The notes beneath the pieces are model-generated. The model was not told the origin of the DNA, searched no databases, and saw only the letters and a program-made list of their open reading frames with translations. From contig CAYWZD010000001.1 in NCBI GenBank assembly GCA_964462755.1, positions 1,957-65,956 on the forward strand: 64,000 bases of DNA, in the 5' to 3' direction. Numbering within the stretch: position 1 is the first letter of the stretch; each line of letters opens with the position of its first letter. Below, one piece after another: positions 8,988 to 17,680 of the stretch. Made by a program: the position numbers and the translations under genes. This DNA comes from an uncultured Victivallales bacterium (lineage in GTDB: Bacteria > Verrucomicrobiota > Lentisphaeria > Victivallales > UBA1829).

Positions 8988-9036
8988 GAAACCGGTTCGC
9001 TCCTTTGATATTTTATTTCTTCAAAGGAGCGGTTTC
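8988..9036 (+). promoter_or_regulatory. strong hairpin that sequesters the Shine-Dalgarno sequence of the activase gene
   Basis: GAAAC-(cggtt bulge)-CGCTCCTTTGA [tattttatttct] TCAAAGGAGCG-GTTTC gives 11 + 5 perfect base pairs. The 3' arm contains the AAGGAG SD (9024..9029), which ends 8 nt before the ATG at 9038. No U tract follows. Confidence 0.5.
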
Positions 9037-9037
9037 C

Positions 9038-9940
9038 ATGAACGGAATCATTACTGAAATTCAGCATGGGGCGGTGCATGACGGACCCGGCTTGAGAAGC
9101 GTTGTATTCCTCAAGGGGTGCCAGATGCACTGTTTCTGGTGTCACAACCCGGAGACAATTTCATCCGGGCGCCAGCTCTCTCTCGACGAGTTGAAGTGTC
9201 TTGGATGCGGACGATGTTTTTCCCTCTGTTCCGCACACAAACTTCTTGACGGACGACACCGGATCGAACGGGAGCTCTGCAACGGCTGTTTCCATTGTGT
9301 ACAAGAGTGCCTCTCGGGAGCGCTGAGCATTTGCGGATGCGAAATCTCCGTCGATGAAGTTATGAATGACATTCTTGACGACATGGTGTTTTACAAGGAA
9401 TCCGGCGGAGGAGTTACCGTTTCCGGCGGGGAACCGGGATGTCAACCCGGATTTACGGCGGAAATTCTGCGTCGCTGCCGCGAAAAATGGATTCACACAG
9501 CCATCGAAACCAACCTCGGATATTCACTCTCCGTCCTTGAAACGCTTACCGCCGATTGCAATCTGGTGATGGCGGACTTGAAGCATATCGATCCGCAAAA
9601 ACACCGTGCCGGAACAGGATGCGACAACCGGCAGGTAATGGAAAACCTCCGTTCGTTGACGGTGCCGCTGATTCTGCGGACTCCCATCGTTCCCGGATTC
9701 AACGATCATTCCGAAACCATCCGGAAGATCGCGGAATTCGCGGCGGGTCTGGACACCCTCGAATATTATGAACTGCTGACCTATCATCCACTCGGCCGCG
9801 GAAAGGCCGAATGTCTTGGAATGGCGGAGCGGACAACGCGGCTGCCCGCCCTCCGGAAGGAAACAATAGACAATCTGGTGAAAGCCGCTTCCGAAACCGG
9901 AGTGACGCTTTTCCTCAATGGGAGCCCCATTGCAAAATGA
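9038..9940 (+). CDS. glycyl-radical enzyme activating protein (radical SAM with two extra ferredoxin-like 4Fe-4S motifs)
   Basis: MNGIITEIQHGAVHDGPGLRSVVFLKGC28QMHC32FWC35HNPE carries the CX3CX2C motif. Two CX2CX2CX3C motifs follow (CLGCGRCFSLC and CNGCFHCVQEC). The track start at 9005 is a non-ATG extension, and 9038 has the SD. The stop overlaps the GRE start (ATGA at 9937..9940). Confidence 0.9.
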   Translation: MNGIITEIQHGAVHDGPGLRSVVFLKGCQMHCFWCHNPETISSGRQLSLDELKCLGCGRCFSLCSAHKLLDGRHRIERELCNGCFHCVQECLSGALSICGCEISVDEVMNDILDDMVFYKESGGGVTVSGGEPGCQPGFTAEILRRCREKWIHTAIETNLGYSLSVLETLTADCNLVMADLKHIDPQKHRAGTGCDNRQVMENLRSLTVPLILRTPIVPGFNDHSETIRKIAEFAAGLDTLEYYELLTYHPLGRGKAECLGMAERTTRLPALRKETIDNLVKAASETGVTLFLNGSPIAK

Positions 9941-12087
9941 ATAAATTTGAACTCAAAAAATATGCCGGACGAATCGAACGTCTCGTGACGAAAAAAAAAG
10001 AACAGGTGCTGGAGAAATACCGCAGGATCGGAAAAGCGGATGAGGATGACTATGGGTATGTCCTTCCACCGGAGGAGTTCGTAAAGAAGTTCCGTTTTCC
10101 GGTCGTCGATGAAAACGGTTCGTTCCACGGGGTTTCCGCATGGGCGAAAAATTACCGGGCTTTGCTGGAAGCGCATCCGGTTTACGTCGACCCCGACGAC
10201 GCACTCGCGGGACGCTGGATGTTCATGATGTCACGCATGCGCGCAGGCTATAAACTCTCGCTTGCGCCGTTTCCTGTGGATTACTCGTTTCTGCATCACG
10301 ATCAGGAACTTTACGACTTGACCCACGGGATCGGCAAAGACGCCCATTTTGCACCGGACTACCGGATCGGACTCGCTCTCGGATGGGGCGGTCTGGCGCG
10401 AAAAGTGGAAGTGTCGCTCAAGATGCACAAAGACGATCCAGAAGCCGTTGAGCTGCTGAATGCCGAACTGGAGGCGCTGGCCGGAATCCGCAACTGGATT
10501 CACCGCACGGCAATGGCGGCGGACGGCGAAATGCGTCGCATCAACCTCAAACTGGAAACCGATCCGCCGGAAACACTCCGGGAGGCGTGTCAATGGATCG
10601 CATGGTTCAACATGGCGTCGCGCACCTACAACCGCGACGGCGCCGGAGGACAGCTCGACGAGATCCTCCGTCCGTATTATGAACGGGACATCGCCGCCGG
10701 ACGGATCGACGACGAGGATGCCGTTTTTTACATCGCGTGTCTTCTGCTGAACGATCCGCACTATTACCAGATCGGTGGGCCGGACCGCGACGGCGAGGAT
10801 CGGACAAGCCGTATTTCATATTTGATTCTCGAAGCCGCCCATGCACTGAAGATTTCCTGCAATCTGACGATCAGGGTCCATGACAGAATGGACGAAAAAC
10901 TGTTCCGGCGCGGAGTGGAAATCCTGTTGGAAGACAATCTCGGGTATCCACGTTTTTCCGGCGACAACGCATTGATCGAAGGGTTCATGAACAACGGATA
11001 CCCCATCGAGCTGGCCCGTGAACGGATCGCTCTTGGATGCAACTGGATGAGCATTCCGGGACGCGAATATACGCTCAACGACACCGTTAAAGTCAATATG
11101 ATGAAAGTTTTCGAAGTCGCGTTCGATGAATTTTCAGAGACAAAGAATTTTTCGCTCGATCTCCTTCATGAAACCTATAAAAAACATCTGGCCCGCGCCG
11201 CACTCTGCATCGCCAGGGGGCTTGATTTCCATCTGGCGCACCAGTATAAAAACGAGCCTGAACTGTTGTTGAACCTGCTGTGTTACGGCCCGATCGAAAA
11301 GGGACGGGACGCCTCGCACGGCGGCATCGAGTTCTACAACATGTGCTGCGACGGCGCGGGACTTGCCGTAGTCGCGGATTCCTTCGCCGCGATTCAGACT
11401 CAGGTCGTCGAGAAAAAGAGGATTACCTGGGAACAATGCGTTGAAGCCGTTCACAGCGACTTCAAAAATGAAAATGGAGAAATGATCCGCCGTCTGCTTG
11501 CGTCTTCCCCGCGCTTCGGATGCGGAGGGACCTGCGCCGACACATGGGCGGTTACACTGACGCGAGACTTCACGGAAGCATTTCCAAACATCCGTCACAC
11601 GCCGGAGGGACATCTGATCATTCCGGGTCTTTTCTCGTGGGCGGATACGCTCCGTTTCGGAAAAACAGTCGGTGCGACTCCGAACGGCAGACATGCCGGA
11701 GAACCGTCGTCGCACGGGGCGAACCCGTGTCCCGGATTCCGCAAAGACGGCGCGGCAACGGCCGTCGCAAAAGCAGTCGCCTCGGTCCAGTGCGGATACG
11801 GCAACACCTCCCCGCTCCAGCTGGAGATCGATGCCTCATTCGTGAACTGCGGGAATCCGGTCGAAAGACTGATGGCGTTGTTCATCGCGCACTTCAAACT
11901 GGGGGGTACGCTCATCAACGTGAATATCGTCGATGCGAAAACACTCCGGGCGGCACAAAAGGAGCCTGAAAAATTCCCAGACCTGATCGTACGTGTGACG
12001 GGGTTCACTTCCTATTTCATCATGCTTTCTCCCGAATTCCGGGATTTTGTAGTCAAACGCATCATAGAGGAAAAACAATATGCGTAG
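9937..12087 (+). CDS. glycyl-radical enzyme, PFL-like/dehydratase-like fold (716 aa), with a non-canonical Cys loop
   Basis: The C-terminal Gly-radical loop is DLIVRVTG689FTSYF. Family landmarks ATPNGRHAGEP and GLAVVADSFAAI are present. The Cys loop reads ERIALGC368NWMSIPG. The track ORF from 9811 is an upstream extension that would overlap the activase. The ATG at 9937 is in frame and translationally coupled. Confidence 0.9.
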   Translation: MNKFELKKYAGRIERLVTKKKEQVLEKYRRIGKADEDDYGYVLPPEEFVKKFRFPVVDENGSFHGVSAWAKNYRALLEAHPVYVDPDDALAGRWMFMMSRMRAGYKLSLAPFPVDYSFLHHDQELYDLTHGIGKDAHFAPDYRIGLALGWGGLARKVEVSLKMHKDDPEAVELLNAELEALAGIRNWIHRTAMAADGEMRRINLKLETDPPETLREACQWIAWFNMASRTYNRDGAGGQLDEILRPYYERDIAAGRIDDEDAVFYIACLLLNDPHYYQIGGPDRDGEDRTSRISYLILEAAHALKISCNLTIRVHDRMDEKLFRRGVEILLEDNLGYPRFSGDNALIEGFMNNGYPIELARERIALGCNWMSIPGREYTLNDTVKVNMMKVFEVAFDEFSETKNFSLDLLHETYKKHLARAALCIARGLDFHLAHQYKNEPELLLNLLCYGPIEKGRDASHGGIEFYNMCCDGAGLAVVADSFAAIQTQVVEKKRITWEQCVEAVHSDFKNENGEMIRRLLASSPRFGCGGTCADTWAVTLTRDFTEAFPNIRHTPEGHLIIPGLFSWADTLRFGKTVGATPNGRHAGEPSSHGANPCPGFRKDGAATAVAKAVASVQCGYGNTSPLQLEIDASFVNCGNPVERLMALFIAHFKLGGTLINVNIVDAKTLRAAQKEPEKFPDLIVRVTGFTSYFIMLSPEFRDFVVKRIIEEKQYA

Positions 12088-13156
12088 TCAGTCAAAATTG
12101 CGGGTGGCCGTCATCGGCTGCGGAATGATCTATGCGGAACACATGCAGGCTTTCCGGGAATTGGCCGACAAAGTCGAAATCGTGGCGGCTGTGGACAGGG
12201 AACGGCGCTGTCTGGACATCATGCGGGACCGCTGGGGACTGCCGGAAACCTCGTTGTTTTCGGACTGGAAAACGATGCTTGCCGAGGTGAAACCGGATGC
12301 GGTGGACATCTGTCTGCCGAATTACGAGCATTTCCCAGCGGCCATGGATGCCATCGGAGCGGGTTGCCATGTCTATTGTGAAAAACCGCTTGGAATGAAT
12401 GTTTCCGAATGCGAGCGGATAATCGACGCAGCCAAAGAGAAATCGGTAAAACTGGGAGTCGGGTTCCAGCAGGAATACAACCCCGGTACCGAAATACTCG
12501 TCAATGCCCGGAATGCCGGGTTCTTCGGCGACCTGCGGTATGTTCACGGTTCGCTCCTGCGCCGCCGCGGGACCCCGAACTGGGGCACCTATTGCCGACA
12601 CGAACTCGGAGGCGGACCGATTCTCGACATTGCCGTTCATCTGCTGGATGCCGTCACCTACGTCTGCGGCAGACCGGAGCCGAAACGCATTACGGCATCC
12701 TGCTTCTACGGAGAAGGGAAAAATCCATGCAGTGTTTTTTGCGGCACTCCGAACTGGAACAACCACGACTACAATGTGGAAGACCTTGCCGCCGCGCATA
12801 TCACATTCGCGGACGGTCTGGTCGTCCAGCTGGAGACCTCCTATGTCAACCACATCCGGGAAGACTGCGTGTATGACTTCAAATTAAGCGGGGCCAAAGG
12901 CGGCGCCTGGTGGCAGTCCGGAAAAGCGCCGGAACTTTATGCGGATATGTTCGGGGCAATGATGAATATCTCACCGGCGTTCATGCCCTCGCAGGGACGT
13001 CCGGAAATGTTCCGGAAAAAACTCGACAACTGGGTGAATGCCTGCCGGACGGGAAGCGAACTTCTCCTCCCCGGTGAAGTCGGCCTTTACATCCAGCGCA
13101 TCCTGGACGGCATTGCGCTGTCGGCAATAAAGAAGAATGAAATCGAACTCAAATAA
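12080..13156 (+). CDS. Gfo/Idh/MocA-family NAD(P)-dependent oxidoreductase
   Basis: N-terminal Rossmann segment KLRVAVIGCGMIYAEHMQAF, then EKPL...EC and the typical C-terminal alpha/beta domain. It overlaps the GRE stop by 8 nt. Confidence 0.85.
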   Translation: MRSQSKLRVAVIGCGMIYAEHMQAFRELADKVEIVAAVDRERRCLDIMRDRWGLPETSLFSDWKTMLAEVKPDAVDICLPNYEHFPAAMDAIGAGCHVYCEKPLGMNVSECERIIDAAKEKSVKLGVGFQQEYNPGTEILVNARNAGFFGDLRYVHGSLLRRRGTPNWGTYCRHELGGGPILDIAVHLLDAVTYVCGRPEPKRITASCFYGEGKNPCSVFCGTPNWNNHDYNVEDLAAAHITFADGLVVQLETSYVNHIREDCVYDFKLSGAKGGAWWQSGKAPELYADMFGAMMNISPAFMPSQGRPEMFRKKLDNWVNACRTGSELLLPGEVGLYIQRILDGIALSAIKKNEIELK

Positions 13157-13180
13157 CCTCTTATTACGGAAAAAAGCATT

Positions 13181-14419
13181 ATGAAACTCTCACAGTCTTT
13201 CGGCGATGGAATCCACGACGATACCGCAGCAATTCAATCCATGCTGGACAGCCGGGCGTCCTTTGTCTATCTGCCTCCTCCAAAGGCGCATTACCGCATC
13301 AGCAAAACGCTGGTTTTGCATTCCGGCCAGGAATTGAAACTGGACCGTTTCACCCTGATCAGGCTCGCTCCGGCCAGCAACTGTCTCATGCTGACGAATG
13401 ACGACTATGCGAACGGCAACAGGGATATTGCCGTTTCCGGCGGCATCTGGGATTGCAACAACCGGGAACAAGCTCCCAATTACCAGCTTACCGGACGGGC
13501 CCATCCATCCACCCCGGACAAAAAAGTACCGGGCGCCCTCTGCGACTTCCAACAGCCTTATTCTCCCGATCTTTATCATGGAATCGCATTCCTTTTCATC
13601 AATGTCGAAAATTTTACCATGAAGGAACTGACATTCCGTGATCCGGTCACTTACGCTTCGCAGTTTGCCCGTCTGCGGTATTTCACAATTCGAGACATCT
13701 TTTTCGACTACCGGCATTGGAATCCGGCACCGAACAACATGGACGGAATTCATCTCGACGGAGGATGCCGTTTCGGAAAGATATCAAACCTGAAAGGGAC
13801 CTGCTATGACGATCTGGTCGCGCTGAATGCAAACGACAGTCTGAATGAATCCCCTTGCCAGGGACCGATTTCGGACATCGAAATCGACGGCATTTTCGCC
13901 GAGAAATGTCACAGTGCCGTCCGGCTCCTGTCTTTCGAGGCGCCCGTCAAACGGATCCATATCCGCAACGTTTACGGCACATTCTATCGCTATGCCATCG
14001 GCCTTACGCACTGGACCGGCAGCGGCCGAGGCGTTTTCGACGATATTCTACTGGAAAATATTTTCATCGGAAAAGCCATTCCGCGCAAGGAGGATTTCAA
14101 TACGCCGATGCTGCCGGAATACCCGCCTGTGTTCATTGAACGCGGGGGAGATATCGGACGGCTCGACATACGGAATCTGCGGCGGGAGGAATGCACCGTG
14201 GCGGTTCCGACCATCGAGATCGAAAAGGACGTCACGATCGATCGGTTGGCAATTCGGGATTCCGGATGTAAAAACCATTTGCCGAACCCCTTCGATTTCC
14301 TGGTCAACAATGGAAATATTAAGCATCTGGTTCTGAATGAAGTCTCGCTGTCGGACCCCCATGGAAAAACGCTCGCCGGAAGCGGAACCGTTCAAACCTT
14401 GCAGAGCGATGGAGACTGA
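13181..14419 (+). CDS. cytoplasmic right-handed beta-helix protein (pectate-lyase-3 / GH28-related type)
   Basis: The N-terminus FGDGIHDDTAAIQSMLDSRASFVYLPPPKAHYRISKTLVLHSG is typical of the pectate_lyase_3 domain. Repetitive beta-helix-like segments follow. There is no signal peptide. Confidence 0.75.
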   Translation: MKLSQSFGDGIHDDTAAIQSMLDSRASFVYLPPPKAHYRISKTLVLHSGQELKLDRFTLIRLAPASNCLMLTNDDYANGNRDIAVSGGIWDCNNREQAPNYQLTGRAHPSTPDKKVPGALCDFQQPYSPDLYHGIAFLFINVENFTMKELTFRDPVTYASQFARLRYFTIRDIFFDYRHWNPAPNNMDGIHLDGGCRFGKISNLKGTCYDDLVALNANDSLNESPCQGPISDIEIDGIFAEKCHSAVRLLSFEAPVKRIHIRNVYGTFYRYAIGLTHWTGSGRGVFDDILLENIFIGKAIPRKEDFNTPMLPEYPPVFIERGGDIGRLDIRNLRREECTVAVPTIEIEKDVTIDRLAIRDSGCKNHLPNPFDFLVNNGNIKHLVLNEVSLSDPHGKTLAGSGTVQTLQSDGD

Positions 14420-14479
14420 CGACGTTTCAGATCACCGTTTATTCTTGAATATCTCAACAAAAATAAAGGAAATGCAATC

Positions 14480-15565
14480 ATGAAAAGACTCAATGTCGCC
14501 CTTGTCGGGTGCTGGCATCCGCATGTTCCCCGTTACTATCCGATTCTGCAGAAACGTCCGGACACAGCCCTGACTTGTGTCTGGGATTCATCCGCCGAAC
14601 GCGGGAATGAATGGGCGAAAAAACTGGAGGTCCCGTTTTTTGCGGATTATGATGAACTGCTCAAACGTCCCGACGTCGATGCCGTGTGCATCGTCGCGGA
14701 GACAAACCGTCACGCGGAACTGATGAGGAAAGCCGCCGAGGCAGGCAAACATATCTTTACGGAAAAAACGTTCACGATTACGACCGAAGAAGCCGCGGCC
14801 GTCCGCGAGACGGTCATCAAGAACGGCGTTAAATTCGGCATTGCCTACATTCGTGCGACAACGCCCGCATTTGTGCTCGGCAAACAGCTGATGGACGCGG
14901 GATTGCTCGGCGAAGTCAACATGGTCCGCATCCGCAACGGCGTCGATGCCTCCAGAATGAACGATCTGCCGCCGGACTGGTTCGACAGAAAAATCGCGGG
15001 CGGCGGAGCCTGGATCGATCTGGGATGCCACCAGATGTATCTGATGGACTGGATGCTGGGAGAACCGCTGGACATTTCCGTCAACGCGATCCGTTATTAC
15101 GGCCGGGATGTGGAAGACAACGTCTGTGCGGCGGTCCGTTTCAGGAACGGGACTCTCGGAGTCGCGGAGTCAACCTGTTCCACGTTCTATTCTCCTTACA
15201 TGTTCGAAATCTACGGACGGAAGGGCTCTTATATCTGCCGCATCGATGCTCCGGAATCCGAAATACAGCTGGAAGCGGAAAACCTGGAAAAACTCAATGC
15301 TCTTCTGCCCGGAATCCGGCGACAGGAAAAAATTCTTGGAGGAACCGTCAGCAATGCATCCGTCAACTCGCTTTTCGGGGCAAGAGCCGTTGTGCAAGTG
15401 CCGGTTGCCGAATTGCCTCAGGGGAAGGAACCGATCGAACTCTGGCTGGATGAAATCCTTTACGGCAAGAAAAATCCGTTCGGCATCGACTGCGGATATC
15501 GTCTGACACGACTGATGGAGGGCGGCTGCCGTGCCCTTGCGGAAAAGCGAACCATAACGTTTTGA
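14480..15565 (+). CDS. Gfo/Idh/MocA-family oxidoreductase (second copy, divergent)
   Basis: MKRLNVALVGCWHPHVPRYYP...EKTF... follows the family layout. An AAAGGA RBS is present. Confidence 0.8.
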   Translation: MKRLNVALVGCWHPHVPRYYPILQKRPDTALTCVWDSSAERGNEWAKKLEVPFFADYDELLKRPDVDAVCIVAETNRHAELMRKAAEAGKHIFTEKTFTITTEEAAAVRETVIKNGVKFGIAYIRATTPAFVLGKQLMDAGLLGEVNMVRIRNGVDASRMNDLPPDWFDRKIAGGGAWIDLGCHQMYLMDWMLGEPLDISVNAIRYYGRDVEDNVCAAVRFRNGTLGVAESTCSTFYSPYMFEIYGRKGSYICRIDAPESEIQLEAENLEKLNALLPGIRRQEKILGGTVSNASVNSLFGARAVVQVPVAELPQGKEPIELWLDEILYGKKNPFGIDCGYRLTRLMEGGCRALAEKRTITF

Positions 15566-15573
15566 GGAGCCGG

Positions 15574-16497
15574 ATGAAATCTGCCGCGATTCTTTCTGCC
15601 GGAAGTCTTTTTCTGGTGTCGCTTTGCGCCCTTGCTGAGCCATGCACGTCACAGCAGACAAAACTGCTGGAAATGCGTATGAAGTCGCTCCGAATGCAGC
15701 TCAACCGTGCCATTTTGAAACACCCGGAAGACTATTCCGCGGACCGGAAAGAACATGCACTGAAAGATCTTGCCGAAACGCAACGTGACTGGCGGATGGC
15801 AAAAGAGTGGACCCTGCCCGCGCCGGAGTTCACCCTTCCCCGCCTGCCCCGGGCGCCGATCATAGACGGCCGGGCGGAAGAAACGGTCTGGCGTTCGGCA
15901 CGCGTCTGGCGCGGCAGTTTCCCCTGCTCTTCGGACAGGCATTCCGAGGACGGAACTGTCTGGCGGCTCGCATGGCATGGAACTTCTCTTTACGGCAGCG
16001 TATTCTTCCCCGATCGCGACATCACTTTTTACAAAGGACGGCAGGGCGAACCGCGGACACAGAAACGCATCTGGCAGGGGGATTGTCTGGAAGTTTTTAT
16101 TCAGCCGGATGAAAAAATTCCCTATTATGCGGAATTTCTCCTGCGTCCCGACGATACGGCATGGGTTCTGGATCACGTTCTGCCGGAAAGCGGGTTCTGG
16201 ACTACAATCCATTTCCATTTTCAGACGGAAGTGCGGGTCGCAGGACGAATCGTTGACGGAGGGTATGAACTGGAGTTCGGAATCGATCTCGCCGGCCTCG
16301 GTTCACGCTGGCGCAGACAGCCGCCCGGACGCGGGGAAACTCTGCGGATGACCATGGTCCGCATGAATCTGGATCTACGGCATCAGGGGGATCAGCCCCT
16401 TCAAAGTTCCTTTTATCCGCTCCTGCATTCCGGACACAACATTTTCGGATATGCGTCAATGGTTCTTTCCGACGCGGCGCCATTGAAAAATCATTGA
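15574..16497 (+). CDS. secreted CBM9/DOMON-like carbohydrate-binding protein
   Basis: Signal peptide MKSAAILSAGSLFLVSLCALA. Module IIDGRAEETVWRSA...WRLAWHGTSLYGSVFF...GDCLEVFIQP...YYAEFLL. The track start at 15562 is a TTG; the ATG at 15574 has a GAGGAG SD 4 nt upstream. Confidence 0.7.
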   Translation: MKSAAILSAGSLFLVSLCALAEPCTSQQTKLLEMRMKSLRMQLNRAILKHPEDYSADRKEHALKDLAETQRDWRMAKEWTLPAPEFTLPRLPRAPIIDGRAEETVWRSARVWRGSFPCSSDRHSEDGTVWRLAWHGTSLYGSVFFPDRDITFYKGRQGEPRTQKRIWQGDCLEVFIQPDEKIPYYAEFLLRPDDTAWVLDHVLPESGFWTTIHFHFQTEVRVAGRIVDGGYELEFGIDLAGLGSRWRRQPPGRGETLRMTMVRMNLDLRHQGDQPLQSSFYPLLHSGHNIFGYASMVLSDAAPLKNH

Positions 16498-16534
16498 ACA
16501 GAAAAACTTTTTTTCCTAATAGGAAGAACGCGTA

Positions 16535-16563
16535 TTGTAAAAAAACTGTTTCCTGCATATAAT
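16535..16563 (+). promoter_or_regulatory. candidate sigma70-type promoter, TTGTAA-17-TATAAT
   Basis: Read directly: cgtaTTGTAAaaaaactgtttcctgcaTATAATtat. It would give a roughly 290-nt leader before the ATG at 16854. Confidence 0.5.
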
Positions 16564-16853
16564 TATATCATGAGGATGCATTGCAGCCTCCGGCATTCGA
16601 AAGTTTTGTATGGACTAACGGGGGGCCGTTCAAAACATCGTAGTGGAAAAGGGTGATTTCATGTAAACAGGAGGCACCAATGGAATTGCAGACATACAGG
16701 GGAAGGAAAGCAGACACTTGAAAACAGACTTTTTGTGACTTTCCAGGAAAGAAATGGATTTGAGCGGCAATATGGGGCCCGCTTTTAGAATAGGTTTTTT
16801 CAGAAAAAACAAAACATTTGAAATTGGTCCAACAAAGAGAGAAGGAAACGGAA

Positions 16854-17633
16854 ATGAAAAATGTCACTGCGGCAAACCAAGGAAGACACGATCGCGGCAA
16901 TTTCACTCTTATAGAACTCCTCGTTGTCATCGCGATCATTGCGATTCTCGCCGGGATGCTGCTTCCCGCACTGAACGCGGCAAAGGAAAAAGCTCGAACG
17001 ATATCATGCGTAAGTAATAAGAAACAGGTCATGATGGGTCTTCTTTCCTATGACTCGGATTATGGCTATATTCCTTTCTATGTGAGCAGCAAAAGATGGA
17101 ACCAGCATCTGATCAACTACAGAAACTCGACCAGTTTTCCCGCCCCCGGTTATGTTACATGGTCGGCACTGCTCTGTCCCGAAATGGTGGCAAAAGGAGT
17201 TTCCACAAAGCCGACGACCATTCAGGAAATCACGAACAGCGGTTGGTGGGATTGGGGAACTTTCGGAATGTGGGAACCCTTCGGAAATTCAGCGGGAGAA
17301 ACGATATTTCAAACGGATCAGGAGCCTACGGTCGGCGCCATTTATCAGCGCACAAGCGTCACACAGGTATTCAATCTGAAGAGGGCCAAGAAGATTTCCG
17401 ATACCTATATCCTGGCGGATGCCGCAAAACTGAATGTGCTGAATAAGGCCTTGTATTATTTCCGGTCGAACGGGTATGTGGATACACTTCTGCATACAGC
17501 GCATTCCAATCTTTCCACAGTGGCGTTTTTAGACGGGCATGCAAAAACAGTGAGCCCTCAGGAAGCCAAAAGGACCGCCACCGGATGTCTTTTCTATTTG
17601 GACCGTGCGTATGTCAGGAGGAGCACTCCCTGA
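16854..17633 (+). CDS. prepilin-type N-terminal cleavage/methylation domain protein, H-X9-DG family
   Basis: [44 protein letters not shown] at the N-terminus. Canonical C-terminal motif [23 protein letters not shown] is present. The track start at 16818 is an upstream extension. Confidence 0.9.
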   Translation: MKNVTAANQGRHDRGNFTLIELLVVIAIIAILAGMLLPALNAAKEKARTISCVSNKKQVMMGLLSYDSDYGYIPFYVSSKRWNQHLINYRNSTSFPAPGYVTWSALLCPEMVAKGVSTKPTTIQEITNSGWWDWGTFGMWEPFGNSAGETIFQTDQEPTVGAIYQRTSVTQVFNLKRAKKISDTYILADAAKLNVLNKALYYFRSNGYVDTLLHTAHSNLSTVAFLDGHAKTVSPQEAKRTATGCLFYLDRAYVRRSTP

Positions 17634-17680
17634 TTTTTGAATATAGCCGACTCAAAACTCCATTTGCAAAAGGTCATAAC

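Noticed and set aside
9811-9936. Upstream in-frame extensions of track ORFs: GRE from 9811, activase from 9005, GH95-like to 58172, GH4 to 40097, oxidoreductase to 59157, pseudopilin-like genes to 53840 and 16818, and transketolase from 32668.
   Set aside because: The extensions overlap the preceding gene or use TTG/GTG starts. They lack an SD and encode Arg/Ser-rich junk. An internal ATG with an SD and a recognisable N-terminus (signal peptide, Rossmann fold, HTH) is present in each case.
16564-16853. A ~290-nt leader between the TTGTAA-17-TATAAT promoter and the 16854 pseudopilin-like gene. It contains small stems (GTTTTG..AACGGggggCCGTT..CAAAAC at ~16600..16635 and AGCGG..CCGCT plus a T-rich run at ~16762..16800). 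I considered it as a riboswitch or attenuator.
   Set aside because: The stems are short and have large loops. It does not resemble any riboswitch consensus I know, and I cannot evaluate covariation. Only the promoter is kept as a feature.
16900-16990. A repeated ~80-nt DNA segment at four loci (about 5455..5545, 16900..16990, 45730..45820 and 53625..53715). It could be mistaken for a dispersed repeat or mobile-element end.
   Set aside because: It is the coding sequence of the conserved [24 protein letters not shown] helix of the four H-X9-DG paralogues. The DNA copies differ at synonymous positions, so conservation is at the protein level.
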